A DNA stretch of 64,000 nt, taken from the NCBI GenBank assembly GCA_964569015.1, contig CAZMSN010000003.1, forward strand, positions 9,257 through 73,256. The letters run 5' to 3'. A program made the translations under genes and the position numbers. Source of the stretch: an uncultured Acidimicrobiaceae bacterium (GTDB lineage Bacteria; Actinomycetota; Acidimicrobiia; Spongiisociales; UBA5794). This document shows, one piece after another, positions 1-9,923 of this stretch (its first letter is position 1; the number at the start of each line of letters is the position of its first letter). The notes beneath the pieces are model-generated. The model was not told the origin of the DNA and did not search any database. It worked only from the letters and a program-made list of their open reading frames with translations.

Positions 1-174
1 TGCGTCGATGGGGGCCACCCTGCACTGAGCGCGCCGGGGTTCGTCCCGGCAGACCTCCGGCGAGACATCGGTCATTGCCGATCGAACGGCCCCCGATTCA
101 GAAGTCGGCTCGAACGCTGACACCGTTGCCCTTTCTTCGATCGTGCGCCACTCTGCGAGTCGCCGGCCCGGATC

Positions 175-1152
175 TCACAGAACCCGATGATCGCGCCGCC
201 GGAGTCGCACTGGCCGTGAAGACATCGGGTCTTGCGTCTGGCCCTGACCTTCGGTGTCGGCCATGGAACCGGCGACGGCGCGGCGGAGCTCCGCGACGAG
301 GTAGCCGTAATCGGTGAGGCCGCTTCGCATGGAGTTCTCAGCTGCGTGCACGAGCATCATGCCCGCGTGGTAGACCGTCCACCGATCGAGATGGCCCCGT
401 TCGAGCCGCTTGCCGTACCCGTCTTGGAACGCCGTCGCGGCGTGCGGTCCCGCCTGGAGCCCGATCAGCCACGTCGCCTTGGAGAGATCCCATTCGGGGG
501 GAGCGAGCGTGGCCCACTCCCAGCTGATGAGCGTCACCTGGCCCATGTCGTCGACCAGGAAGTCCTCCGGGACGGTGTTGGTGTGGGCGATCCGCGGCGA
601 CGAGGCATAAGGGGGTCTGATCTTGCGGGCGTCGGCGATCGCCTCGGCCGAGAGGCCGAGGCGGCCCCGGTAGCGCTCCAATCGTCGAAAGGTGGACACG
701 AAATCGACGCTGACCCACTCCTGATCGATGCCCCGCGAGAGGTTGGAGACTCTCTCCGGTGAAGCGTCGTGGACGCCCCGTAGGATCTCGCCCGCCTTCT
801 TCCCCAAGCCTGGGTTCTCCGGAAGCGTTCCCAAGCTCCAGCGCCCGGCATCCTCGAAGAGCGCCCAATGAAACTCGCCTTCCACGCCGCGATCGAGCAG
901 CACCGGCAGGCCCGCCAGCTCGTGCAGAGCGTCGAGCGCATGGCGCTCGCGTCGGTGACGAGCGGGAGTCCCGTAGATCTTGGCGATCTGCGTGCCCTTC
1001 TCCGACCAGAGTCGGTAGACACGATTGGCACCCGGGGCGTGGCCAATGCTCGAAAGCTCCTGAACGCGGCCACCGGCGGCCAATCGCTCAGCGATTCGGA
1101 GCGTTTCCAAGTGCAGGACCCTTCCCTTGCCGGCCTGGCCGTATTCTCCCAC
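175..1152 (-). CDS. Phosphotransferase-family (APH/choline-kinase-like) kinase
   Basis: 325-aa ORF. The N-terminus reads ...GANRVYRLW..., as in APH family proteins. The catalytic-loop region HTNTVPEDFLVDDMGQVTLISWEWA resembles the H-x-D-xxxx-N ... D-[WF]-E APH signature. The C-terminal ~30 aa are low-complexity, so the exact 3' end of the functional domain is uncertain. Confidence 0.55.
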   Translation of the reverse strand: MGEYGQAGKGRVLHLETLRIAERLAAGGRVQELSSIGHAPGANRVYRLWSEKGTQIAKIYGTPARHRRERHALDALHELAGLPVLLDRGVEGEFHWALFEDAGRWSLGTLPENPGLGKKAGEILRGVHDASPERVSNLSRGIDQEWVSVDFVSTFRRLERYRGRLGLSAEAIADARKIRPPYASSPRIAHTNTVPEDFLVDDMGQVTLISWEWATLAPPEWDLSKATWLIGLQAGPHAATAFQDGYGKRLERGHLDRWTVYHAGMMLVHAAENSMRSGLTDYGYLVAELRRAVAGSMADTEGQGQTQDPMSSRPVRLRRRDHRVL

Positions 1153-1217
1153 GTTTGTGAGTTGCGTGTCGGGAATCGCGGTACGCTTACCGGCCTGCTC
1201 ACTGGAGAGGAATCGGT

Positions 1218-3152
1218 ATGGCGGCTGTGCATCTCACCTTCCCGGACGGCTCAACTCGGGAGTACCCCGAGGAAGTCACGGGAACCGATGTTGCGGCCAG
1301 CATTGGTCCGCGCCTCGCCAAGGCTGCCGTGGCCGTGGAGCTGAACGGGCAGATGATCGACCTGACTCGCCCGATCGAGGCTGACGGGACGTTCTCCGTC
1401 GTCACCGAGGACACCGAGGACGGCCGACACGTGATTCGTCACTCGGCGGCGCACGTCATGGCCCAGGCCGTGCTCGACCTGTTCCCCGGCGCTACATACG
1501 CCATCGGGCCGCCGATCACCGACGGCTTCTACTACGACTTCGACATCGGGCGTGCGTTCACTCCGGATGATATCGAGCAGATCGAAGCTCGAATGCGGGA
1601 GATCGTTGCCGAGGACCAGCCATTCGAGCGGGCCACGCTTTCGATCGCCGAAGCCCTCGAGGAGTTCGCCGATCACCCCTTCAAGAAGGAGATCATCGAG
1701 GGAGTCGAAGAGAGCGAGGGCGCCGGGGGCTCAGAGGTCTCGGTGTACCGCAATCAGGGGTTCGTGGACCTGTGTCGTGGGCCCCACCTGCCATCGACGG
1801 GCAGGATCGCGGCCTTCAAGCTGATGCGAAGCGCCGGCGCCTACTGGCGCGGTGACGAGACGAAGCCGCAACTGCAGCGGATCTACGGGACCGCATGGGA
1901 AGACGACAAGGAACTGGAGGCCTACCTCGAGCGCCTCGAGGAAGCGGAACGTCGCGACCATCGCCGTCTCGGGCAGGAGCTGGAGCTGTTCTCCTTCCCC
2001 GCCGAAATGGGCGCTGGTCTCGCGGTGTGGCACCCCAGAGGCGGGTTGCTGCGCACCATCATCGAGGATTACAGCCGCCGCACCCACCTGGCGCACGGGT
2101 ACGAGATCGTCGCCACGCCGCACGTCGCCAAGGCGGATCTCTGGCACACGTCCGGCCATCTCGATTTCTACGCCGAGACCATGTACCCCGGGCTCGTGCT
2201 CGACGAGGACACCGAGTACCGGCTCAAGCCGATGAACTGCCCGTTTCACATGTTGATCTTCGCGAGCCGGAGCAGGAGCTACCGGGAGTTGCCGTTGCGA
2301 TTCTTCGAGCTGGGAACCGTGTACCGCTACGAGCGCTCCGGCGTGCTCCACGGCTTGCTGCGCATTCGTGGCTTCACGCAGGACGATGCGCACATCTTCT
2401 GTGAGGAATCCCAGATCGAGACCGAGCTGGCGGGCCTGCTCGACTTCACGCTGATGGTGCTGCGCGATTTTGGGTTCGAGGAGTTCGAGGCCGATCTCTC
2501 CACCAAGCCCGACAAGTACGTGGGTGTGGACGAGATGTGGGTGAAGGCCGAAGCGGCCCTGCAGCACGCCCTCGAGGACACAGGGTTGGCCTACCAGGTC
2601 GCAGAAGGTGAGGGAGCGTTCTACGGGCCCAAGATCGATGTGCATGTGCGCGACGCCATCGGGAGGCGCTGGCAGCTCTCCACACTCCAGGTGGACTTCG
2701 GCCTGCCCGAGAACTTCAACTTGCTCTACGCGACCGACCACAACACCCGGGAACAGCCGGTGATGATCCACCGCGCCCTGATGGGGTCGATCGAGCGCTT
2801 CATCGGAGTCCTCATCGAGCACTATGCCGGTGCACTGCCGGGCTGGCTCTCGCCGGTACAGGCGACGATCGTGCCGGTCGCCGACCGCCACCACGAGTAT
2901 GCGCGAGAGCTGGCCGCGCAGATGAGAGCCGCCGGGCTGCGGGTCGAGGTCGACGATCACGACGACACCGTCGGCGAGAAGATCAGGAAGGCCCTCACCG
3001 GCAAGCACCCGGCCGTGCTGGTTGTCGGAGACAAGGACGTCGAGGCAGGCACCATCGGGTTGCGGCTACGAGGAGAGGAACACGAGCGGCGCGGCGTTGG
3101 TCGGGATGAGGTGATCACCGAGCTGCTCGATCTCTGCGCGCCGCCCCGATGA
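1218..3152 (+). CDS. thrS: Threonine--tRNA ligase
   Basis: 644 aa. An N-terminal TGS domain (MAAVHLTFPDGSTREYPEEVTG...) is followed by a class II aaRS core with the HRAL/MGSIERFIGVLIEHY motifs and a C-terminal anticodon-binding domain. A GGAG-like ribosome-binding site lies upstream of the ATG. Confidence 0.95.
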   Translation: MAAVHLTFPDGSTREYPEEVTGTDVAASIGPRLAKAAVAVELNGQMIDLTRPIEADGTFSVVTEDTEDGRHVIRHSAAHVMAQAVLDLFPGATYAIGPPITDGFYYDFDIGRAFTPDDIEQIEARMREIVAEDQPFERATLSIAEALEEFADHPFKKEIIEGVEESEGAGGSEVSVYRNQGFVDLCRGPHLPSTGRIAAFKLMRSAGAYWRGDETKPQLQRIYGTAWEDDKELEAYLERLEEAERRDHRRLGQELELFSFPAEMGAGLAVWHPRGGLLRTIIEDYSRRTHLAHGYEIVATPHVAKADLWHTSGHLDFYAETMYPGLVLDEDTEYRLKPMNCPFHMLIFASRSRSYRELPLRFFELGTVYRYERSGVLHGLLRIRGFTQDDAHIFCEESQIETELAGLLDFTLMVLRDFGFEEFEADLSTKPDKYVGVDEMWVKAEAALQHALEDTGLAYQVAEGEGAFYGPKIDVHVRDAIGRRWQLSTLQVDFGLPENFNLLYATDHNTREQPVMIHRALMGSIERFIGVLIEHYAGALPGWLSPVQATIVPVADRHHEYARELAAQMRAAGLRVEVDDHDDTVGEKIRKALTGKHPAVLVVGDKDVEAGTIGLRLRGEEHERRGVGRDEVITELLDLCAPPR

Positions 3153-3248
3153 GGCCGCCGCAGTGACTTGCCCTGGGCGAGATCGGGCGTAGGCTGCGCC
3201 TCCCCAACGATCACGCCTCCCGTCGGTTCGGGTGAAGGGACAACATCC

Positions 3249-5846
3249 GTGAAGCAGCTCGTCAAGCTCCTCGCCGCCTCCGTGCGCCGCTCTCCATGGG
3301 CGGTGCTGATCGCAGCTCTCGTCGCTACCGCGGTGTTGGGGGCGTTCATCACTCAACAGGAGACGGCGACGGGCAGCGAAGGCTTCTCCCCGGACTCGCC
3401 CGAGTTCCTGGCGCAGGACGTCATCAGCGAGCACTTCTCGGACAACTCCGAAACGTCGGCCCAGATCGTCATGACTGCCAAGGACGGCGACCTCATCACC
3501 GCGACGGGCCTGCGTGACTACGTAGCGGTGCGGCGGGCGATCGAGACCAGCGAGGTGGCGGACCTGCTCAAGGGAAGGCCCGGCGGTGACATCGTCGGGT
3601 ATTTCGATCCGCTGCTGCAAGGGCTGCAGCTGCGTGCCGAGGAGACCGGGATCCCCCTCGAGATGATGCTGGTGGCCATCTCCGATTTGGAGGTGAAGGA
3701 GGGTTTCCGCGAGAGCTTCTCCCAGATCCCGGTCGAGATGTCCGGTCTCTTCCGAGGACTGCTCGACCAGGGGTTCGATCTCGAAACGGCCGAGGCTGAG
3801 GCCGGTCTCATGGTTGTCTACCTCAACCTCGCCGATCTCGACGACCCAGACGGCACGATCCTGCAGGGGAAGGAAGTCGACATGGCCGACGCGGTGGCGG
3901 CGCTCGACGCCCAGGCCGCAGAGGGATCGGCCTTCAGCTACTCGCTCCTGTTCGCCGACACCGATCAGTTCGCCTCCGAGATCGGGCGGCTGTTCGCCAC
4001 GGCCTTCATCATCATCGTGCTGATCCTGCTCTTCGTGTTCTGGATCCATCCCAAGGGGAACATGACGTGGGGGGGAGCACTGCGGCGGGCGCTGGGCGAT
4101 GTGACGCTCACCATGCTCGTCATTGTCATGTCGATCGTCTGGATGAACGGCATCGGCGTGCTCCTGGGACCCAGATACCTCGGCCTCATCGGCGACTTCA
4201 ACGAGATGCTCCAGCTCCTCCCGATCCTGCTCATCGGCCTCGGTGTCGACTACGCCATCCACATGACGAGCCGCTACCGGGAGGAGCTCGGCGAGGGCAT
4301 CGAGGTGCCGAGAGCGGCAGCACGCGCCACCCGGACCGTGGGAATCGCCCTGGTGCTCGCCACCGTGACCACCTCGATCGGTTTCCTCACCAATGTGATC
4401 AACCCGATCGCGGCGATCGCCGACTTCGGTGTGCTGGCTGCGGTCGGCATCAGCTCGGCGTTCCTGCTCATGCTGACGGTGGTGCCCTCGATCCGGGTCT
4501 TGCTGGATCGCCGAGCCGAGTCGCGCGGCCGGCTGACCCGTGAGGCCCTTGGCCGGCAGAGCGAGCGGTTGCTGCCCAAGCTCATGGGAAGCACGTCGGT
4601 GCTGGCCGAGCGGTTCTCGAGCATCGTGATCATCCTGGCACTCGTGGCGGCGGGAGCAGGTGTCTACGGCTTCACCCAGCTCAACACCGAGTTCAGCTTC
4701 ACCGACTTCCTTCCCGAGGACTCCTCCGCCCGAGTCGCTTACGACTCCATCGTCTCGGACTTCGCAGGGGGCTTCGGCGAGGAGACAGAGATCATCATCG
4801 AAGGTGACGTCGCCACTCCAGCCGTCCACAACGCTCTGGTGGCGGCGTGGGGCAATCTCGGCGATAACCCGAACGTGGTGCAGTACGGGGAGCGGGCCAC
4901 GGCTGAATCGCCGGTCTCGGTGATTGGGGGACTCGTGTCGCCGCCCGATCAGGGCGGCGACACCGAGACGTACGACGCCGAGTTCGCTCAGTTCGCTCTG
5001 GCCGCAGGACTGCAGCCGGATCTGACCGTCGCGGAGAGCACCGATGTGGCCGCCCTCTACCGTGCTGCGCTCGAAGCGGCCAGGGATCCCATGAGGCGGG
5101 TCGTGGCCGAGGTGGACGGTGCCTTCCGGTTCGTGGACATGGGGGTGTCGACCCAGGCGGGTGAAGCCGAGGCGCTCTTGCTCCGGGACGATCTCCGGGC
5201 CGACTTCGCCCCGGTGCGCGAAGCGGGGGCGACCGCGGTCGCCACCAATCAGAGCATCATCAGCCAGGGAGTGGCGAAAGCGCTGCAAGACTCGCAGCTG
5301 TGGTCGCTAGGGCTCACGATCTTGGTGGCGGGCATGGTGCTCGCCATCAACTTCTGGTTCGAATCGAGGCGGCCGTTCCTTGGAGTCATCACGATCCTGC
5401 CGGTGGTGTTGATCGTGTTGCTGGTGTTCGGGATGATGGCTGCACGGGGGATCGCCTTCAATCCCGTCACCGCCATGATCGCCAATCTCGCCATCGGGAT
5501 CGGCGTGCCGTACACCATCCACATCACGCATCGCTACCAGGAGGACCGTCTCCGGCACGGCGCGCCCGAGGCCGCCATCCGCTCGACCACCACCCACACC
5601 GGAGGCGCGCTGGCCGGGTCGGCGTTCACCACCGCGGCCGGTTTCGGCGTGCTGGTGACATCGTCGCTCAAGCCTTTCCAGCAGTTCGGCGAGGTCACGT
5701 TCTGGGCGATCATCTTCGCCCTCGTCGGGTCGGTGCTGGTGCTGCCGTCGCTGCTCATCGTCTGGGATCGCTGGCACCTCAATCGGGGTGAGACGGTGGT
5801 CGACGAAGCGAGGATTCAAGCCGTGCTCGAGGGGCAGGAGACCTGA
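3249..5846 (+). CDS. MMPL-family (RND superfamily) membrane transporter
   Basis: Two 6-TM bundles are separated by large extracytoplasmic domains, the MmpL/RND topology. Runs such as GLGVDYAIH and IGIGVPYTIHITHRY match the conserved MMPL TM4/TM10 region. The longest ORF starts at ATG 3168, but that N-terminal stretch is Pro-rich. GTG 3249 is preceded by GAAGGGA and lies ~20 aa before the first TM helix, so I take it as the start. Confidence 0.8.
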   Translation: MKQLVKLLAASVRRSPWAVLIAALVATAVLGAFITQQETATGSEGFSPDSPEFLAQDVISEHFSDNSETSAQIVMTAKDGDLITATGLRDYVAVRRAIETSEVADLLKGRPGGDIVGYFDPLLQGLQLRAEETGIPLEMMLVAISDLEVKEGFRESFSQIPVEMSGLFRGLLDQGFDLETAEAEAGLMVVYLNLADLDDPDGTILQGKEVDMADAVAALDAQAAEGSAFSYSLLFADTDQFASEIGRLFATAFIIIVLILLFVFWIHPKGNMTWGGALRRALGDVTLTMLVIVMSIVWMNGIGVLLGPRYLGLIGDFNEMLQLLPILLIGLGVDYAIHMTSRYREELGEGIEVPRAAARATRTVGIALVLATVTTSIGFLTNVINPIAAIADFGVLAAVGISSAFLLMLTVVPSIRVLLDRRAESRGRLTREALGRQSERLLPKLMGSTSVLAERFSSIVIILALVAAGAGVYGFTQLNTEFSFTDFLPEDSSARVAYDSIVSDFAGGFGEETEIIIEGDVATPAVHNALVAAWGNLGDNPNVVQYGERATAESPVSVIGGLVSPPDQGGDTETYDAEFAQFALAAGLQPDLTVAESTDVAALYRAALEAARDPMRRVVAEVDGAFRFVDMGVSTQAGEAEALLLRDDLRADFAPVREAGATAVATNQSIISQGVAKALQDSQLWSLGLTILVAGMVLAINFWFESRRPFLGVITILPVVLIVLLVFGMMAARGIAFNPVTAMIANLAIGIGVPYTIHITHRYQEDRLRHGAPEAAIRSTTTHTGGALAGSAFTTAAGFGVLVTSSLKPFQQFGEVTFWAIIFALVGSVLVLPSLLIVWDRWHLNRGETVVDEARIQAVLEGQET

Positions 5847-5890
5847 GGAGCCGGGCCGCGTGACCGGCGATCGCTCAGGAGGAGGCCGGC

Positions 5891-7201
5891 CTAGCGGTCC
5901 TCGATGAAGACGAACTCGCGGGTGAGCGGCCCGACGTAGATCTGGCGCGGCCGGACGATGCGGGTGAGCGGATCCTCGATCATCTCTTTCCAGTTGGCAA
6001 TCCAGCCGGGGAGGCGCCCGATGGCGAAGAGCACAGTGAACATGCGTGTCGGGAACCCCAGAGCCCGGAAGATCAAGCCGGAATAGAAGTCGACGTTCGG
6101 GTAGAGGTTCCTGCTCTGGAAGTAGTCGTCCTGGAGCGCCATCTCCTCCAGGTCCCGGGCGATGTCGAGGAGCGGATCGTCTACTCCCGCTCGATCGAGC
6201 ACGTCGGCGGCGAAGCCCCTGAGAATCTTGGCCCGCGGGTCGTAGTTCTTGTAGACGCGATGTCCGAAGCCCATGAGCCGGAACGGGTCGTCGGGATGCT
6301 TGGCGCGGGCGAGGACGGTCTTTGGCGTGGCATCCGGGTCCTCGTTGATCTCGCGGAGCATCTCGATGACGGCCTGATTGGCGCCCCCGTGCAGTGGTCC
6401 CCACAAGGCGTTCATGCCGGCGGCGACCGAGGCGAACAGGTTCGCTCCGCTCGAGCCGACGGAGCGCACGGTTGTCGTTGAGCAATTCTGACCGTGGTCG
6501 GCGTGCAGGATGAGGAGAACGTTGAGGGCCCGTGTGATGATCGGATCGACCACCATCTCCTCGGCCGGAGTCGCGAACATCATGTGGAGGAAGTTCTCGA
6601 CATAGGTGAGGTCGTTGCGGGGGTAGATGTAGGCCTGGCCGGTCGATTTCTTGAAGGCCCACGCCGCGATGGTCGGCATCTTGGCGATGATGCGCTTTGC
6701 GCTCTCTCCGAAAGTGTCGGGATCGGCCGGGTTGAGGTAGCCCTCGTAATAGGTGGAGACCGCGTTGGTGGCCGACGAGAGGATCGCCATGGGGTGGGCG
6801 CTGCGGGGGAAGGCATCGAAGAAGCGCTTCATCTCCTCGTTGAGGAGGGTGTAATGGCGGATCGACTCAGTCCAGGCCTCGAGCTGGGGCCGGGTCGGCA
6901 GCGACCCGAACAGCAGCAGGTAGGCGACCTCGAGGAATGAACAATGCTCGGCGAGGTCCTCGATGCGATAGCCGTCGTAGGTCAGCTCGCCGGCGGTGCC
7001 GTCGACGTGAGTGAGCGCACTACGCGTCGAGGCGGTATTGGCGAAGCCGGGATCGAACGCCACGACGCCCGCCTCGGTTCGTAGCCGGCTGATGTCGAGG
7101 CCGTGGTCGCCGGCCCTTCCTTCGACCAGCGGAAGCTCGAGGGAGGACTCGGTGCCCTCCGGGCTCGCTATGTGGAGCCTCGCCCCGACGTCGCCGTCCA
7201 A
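5891..7201 (-). CDS. gltA: Citrate synthase (type II)
   Basis: The C-terminal 430 aa align with citrate synthase (GFGHRVYKNYDPRAKIL, HADHEQNCSTTTVR, and N-terminal ...VVAFDPGFANTASTRSALTHVDG...). The ORF stays open upstream to 7894, but that is a GC artefact. TTG 7201 is preceded by GGAGGAGGAAG 7 nt upstream and gives a 436-aa protein. Confidence 0.85.
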   Translation of the reverse strand: MDGDVGARLHIASPEGTESSLELPLVEGRAGDHGLDISRLRTEAGVVAFDPGFANTASTRSALTHVDGTAGELTYDGYRIEDLAEHCSFLEVAYLLLFGSLPTRPQLEAWTESIRHYTLLNEEMKRFFDAFPRSAHPMAILSSATNAVSTYYEGYLNPADPDTFGESAKRIIAKMPTIAAWAFKKSTGQAYIYPRNDLTYVENFLHMMFATPAEEMVVDPIITRALNVLLILHADHGQNCSTTTVRSVGSSGANLFASVAAGMNALWGPLHGGANQAVIEMLREINEDPDATPKTVLARAKHPDDPFRLMGFGHRVYKNYDPRAKILRGFAADVLDRAGVDDPLLDIARDLEEMALQDDYFQSRNLYPNVDFYSGLIFRALGFPTRMFTVLFAIGRLPGWIANWKEMIEDPLTRIVRPRQIYVGPLTREFVFIEDR

Positions 7202-7352
7202 GCGTCTTCCTCCTCCGGGCCGGGTGGTCGCCGCCGTTTGTCCGACGACAAGAGCCGCCGCCGTTCGTTCGACGACGAGAATGGGGTCGAAGTGTAGCGA
7301 ACGAGTATGCCCGCCGGTCCCCGTGGTACCTTTCCGGACGGAAGGAGGACGA

Positions 7353-7940
7353 GTGCTCGACCTCAGGGGCCGTAGCCGAGTCGCCCCGGTACTGGATCCC
7401 ATTGCCGCGGGCCTCGCCAAGGCGAATCTGACTCCCACGGCGGTGACGCTCATCGGCCTGGTGGTGAGCTTCGGCGGAGCGGTGCTGATCGGCCGGCACG
7501 AATACGTGGCCGGCGCCCTCGTCGCCGGCGGTGGCGCGCTCTTCGACGCACTCGACGGGCCGCTGGCGCGGTTGCAGGGAACTGCCTCCATCCGGGGCGC
7601 GTTCGTCGACACGATGTCCGATCGGTTCGGGGAGATCGCCATCCTCGCCGGGCTGGCAGTGAGCCTGCGCCAGGACGAGACGGCGCTGATGCTGTGCCTG
7701 TTCGCTCTGGCGTTCTCGCTCCTCACCCCATACGTGCGGGCCAAGGCCGAGAGTTGGGGTGCCGAAGGTCGCGGCGGCTGGATGGGCCGGGCCGAGCGTG
7801 TGCTCTTGATTCTCACCGGCATCGGTCTCGATGGTTTCGGCCTCCGGGTGATCTTGCCGGTGCTGTGGATGTTCGTGATCCTGTCGGGGCTCACCGTCGG
7901 TCAGCGAATCCGGCGGACGTGGCAGCAGTTGACGCCGTGA
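7353..7940 (+). CDS. pgsA: CDP-alcohol phosphatidyltransferase (phosphatidylinositol-phosphate synthase, PgsA1-like)
   Basis: 195 aa. The CDP-OH phosphatidyltransferase motif D-G-x2-A-R-x8-G-x3-D-x3-D is present as DALDGPLAR...GAFVDTMSDRFGE, and the protein is membrane-embedded. The GTG 7353 start follows GGAAGGAGGA. The gene is divergent from gltA. Gene order pgsA-acyltransferase-pimA downstream of thrS matches the mycobacterial PIM locus. Confidence 0.8.
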   Translation: MLDLRGRSRVAPVLDPIAAGLAKANLTPTAVTLIGLVVSFGGAVLIGRHEYVAGALVAGGGALFDALDGPLARLQGTASIRGAFVDTMSDRFGEIAILAGLAVSLRQDETALMLCLFALAFSLLTPYVRAKAESWGAEGRGGWMGRAERVLLILTGIGLDGFGLRVILPVLWMFVILSGLTVGQRIRRTWQQLTP

Positions 7941-8824
7941 AGGGGGCCGCCGGCTACCTGGCGTATCGGGCCTTCGATGCGCTCTTCGCGCTTCTGCCCG
8001 AGGCGGCGATGCGTCACGTCGGCGAAGGTCTCGGGGTACTCGCCTATTGGATTGCACCGGGGCGCCGCCGGCTGGCACGCCGTCACCTGCGGCGAGTACT
8101 GGGAGATGACCCTCGCCTCAAGGCGGAGACCCGCCGCATGTTCGCCAGCTATGGGCGATATTGGGCGGAGGTGTTCTGGGTGCGGGCCCGCCGCAAGCAG
8201 CAGATCCTGGATCACGCCGTCATCGTGGGCCAGGAGCACATCGAGGCGGCGGCGGCCGCCGGGCACGGCATCGTGCTGGCCCTGCCCCACCTGGGGAACT
8301 GGGAAGCGGCTGGGGCCAAAGCGGAGCAGATCGGGATCCCGGTGTTGGCGGTGGCCGAGTCGCTGCCCAACCGGCGCATCGTCGAGTGGTTCGTGAGAGT
8401 CCGCAATCAGATGGGCATCGACGTGGTCCTGACAGGCAACGGGGGTCGCGTGACGCGATCTCTGGTGGATCGGCTGAACTCCGGTGGCACGATCGCGCTG
8501 GTTGCCGATCGCGACATCTCGGGGCGGGGAGTCGAGGTGGACTTCTTCGGAGAGAGGACCACGATGCCGGCCGGCCCCATGGCGCTGGCCGAGCGCACCG
8601 GGGCTGCCCTCCTACCGGTTGGGTGCTACTTCAAAGAGGGTCGCGGCCACCGCTTCGTGGTTCACCCGGCGATCGAGATTCCCGTTGCCCCGACGCGAGA
8701 GCAGCGGGTGGAACTCGGCACGCAGCGGTGCGCGGTGGCGTTCGAGGAGATCATCCGGCTCGCTCCCCATCAGTGGCACCTGTTCCAGCCCAACTGGCCG
8801 TCGGATCGCCAAGAGGGCCCGTGA
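7937..8824 (+). CDS. Lysophospholipid/lipid-A-type acyltransferase (PatA-like PIM acyltransferase)
   Basis: 295 aa of the HtrB/LpxL-like LPLAT family, with the HLGNWE active-site motif (H-x4-[DE]). The GTG start overlaps the pgsA stop as GTGA. Confidence 0.75.
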   Translation: MKGAAGYLAYRAFDALFALLPEAAMRHVGEGLGVLAYWIAPGRRRLARRHLRRVLGDDPRLKAETRRMFASYGRYWAEVFWVRARRKQQILDHAVIVGQEHIEAAAAAGHGIVLALPHLGNWEAAGAKAEQIGIPVLAVAESLPNRRIVEWFVRVRNQMGIDVVLTGNGGRVTRSLVDRLNSGGTIALVADRDISGRGVEVDFFGERTTMPAGPMALAERTGAALLPVGCYFKEGRGHRFVVHPAIEIPVAPTREQRVELGTQRCAVAFEEIIRLAPHQWHLFQPNWPSDRQEGP

Positions 8825-9852
8825 TGAGGGTGGCGGTAGTGAGCCCGTACGACCTCGGCTTGCCCGGGGGGGTGCAGAACCAGGTCTTTCGCCTGGCCGA
8901 ATGGCTCGGGGACGCCGGTCACGATGCCTGGGTCGTCGGGCCGGGAAAGGCGCCGGAGGGCGCCATCTCGGTGGGACCGGCCAGGCTGGTGCGCGCCAAC
9001 GGCGCCCGCGTGCCCATTTCACTTGATCCGCGCATAGGGGGAGCGGTACGGCGGGCAGTGGCAGGTGCCGACGTCATTCACGTTCACGAGCCGCTGATGC
9101 CTTTCGTGTCGCTGTGCGCCGGACGGGTGCCCGACATCGCGAAGGTGGGGACGTTCCATGCCGATCCATCTGAGCTGGTTCGGCGGCTCTATCGCTCAGG
9201 CGGGCCGCTCGTGCGCCGGACGATGGGGAGGCTCGACGTCGTGACGGCGGTGAGCCCGGTCGCGGGCAGCGCCATCGCCCACTTGGTCCGGCACCGCGTC
9301 GTGCCCAACGGCCTCGACACCGCCTCGTTCACGGCCGGTTCGCACACGCCGCGGCGGGTGATGTTCTTGGGACGTGACGAGCCGCGCAAGGGTTTCGATG
9401 TGCTCCTGACGGCATGGCCCCAGGTGCGGGCCGCGGTGCCGGACGCCGAGCTGGTGGCGACCGTGGAGGCCCGGCCCGACACACCGGGGATTCGCTATGT
9501 GGGAAGGGTCGCAGACGACGAGAAACGGCGGCTGCTGGCCGAGGCAGATGTCTTCTGCGCTCCCAACCTGGGAGGCGAGAGCTTCGGCATCGTGCTGGCG
9601 GAGGCGATGGCCTCGGGATGCGCCGTCGTCGCCTCGGCCCTGCCGGGTTTCGCCCACGTCGTGGCCGGGGCCGGCGTTCTGTGCGCGCCTGGCGATCACC
9701 GCGGGCTGGCACGGATGCTGATCGCTCTCCTGCGAGACGACGCCCGGCGTGACGAGCTGCGCCGACGCGCTGCCCAGCAAGTGCGCAGGTTCGACCGGGA
9801 TGCCGTGCTCTCGGGGTACCTGGCCGCCTACGAGGATGCCCTTCACGGCTGA
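8824..9852 (+). CDS. pimA: GT4-family glycosyltransferase (phosphatidylinositol alpha-mannosyltransferase PimA-like)
   Basis: 342 aa with a GT-B fold and the C-terminal E-x7-E-like region ([20 protein letters not shown]). The ATG overlaps the upstream stop as TGATG. Its position after pgsA and the acyltransferase matches the actinobacterial PIM operon. Confidence 0.75.
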   Translation: MRVAVVSPYDLGLPGGVQNQVFRLAEWLGDAGHDAWVVGPGKAPEGAISVGPARLVRANGARVPISLDPRIGGAVRRAVAGADVIHVHEPLMPFVSLCAGRVPDIAKVGTFHADPSELVRRLYRSGGPLVRRTMGRLDVVTAVSPVAGSAIAHLVRHRVVPNGLDTASFTAGSHTPRRVMFLGRDEPRKGFDVLLTAWPQVRAAVPDAELVATVEARPDTPGIRYVGRVADDEKRRLLAEADVFCAPNLGGESFGIVLAEAMASGCAVVASALPGFAHVVAGAGVLCAPGDHRGLARMLIALLRDDARRDELRRRAAQQVRRFDRDAVLSGYLAAYEDALHG

Positions 9853-9923
9853 GAGCGGCCGCGTCTGCCCCCTCGGGCCTGCCAGTACACTGGAACGGAG
9901 TACACCCCATCAGGAGTAGCACC

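Noticed and set aside
3066-5288. 740-aa ORF antisense to the MMPL transporter gene
   Set aside because: It is low-complexity and rich in Arg/Gly/Asp/His, typical of antisense frames in 70%-GC DNA. It lies wholly inside a well-supported sense-strand gene.
5891-7894. 667-aa extended open frame upstream of citrate synthase
   Set aside because: The upstream 230 codons are Pro/Ser/Arg-rich low-complexity sequence and overlap the well-supported pgsA gene on the other strand. A TTG with a strong Shine-Dalgarno at 7201 gives a normal-length enzyme.
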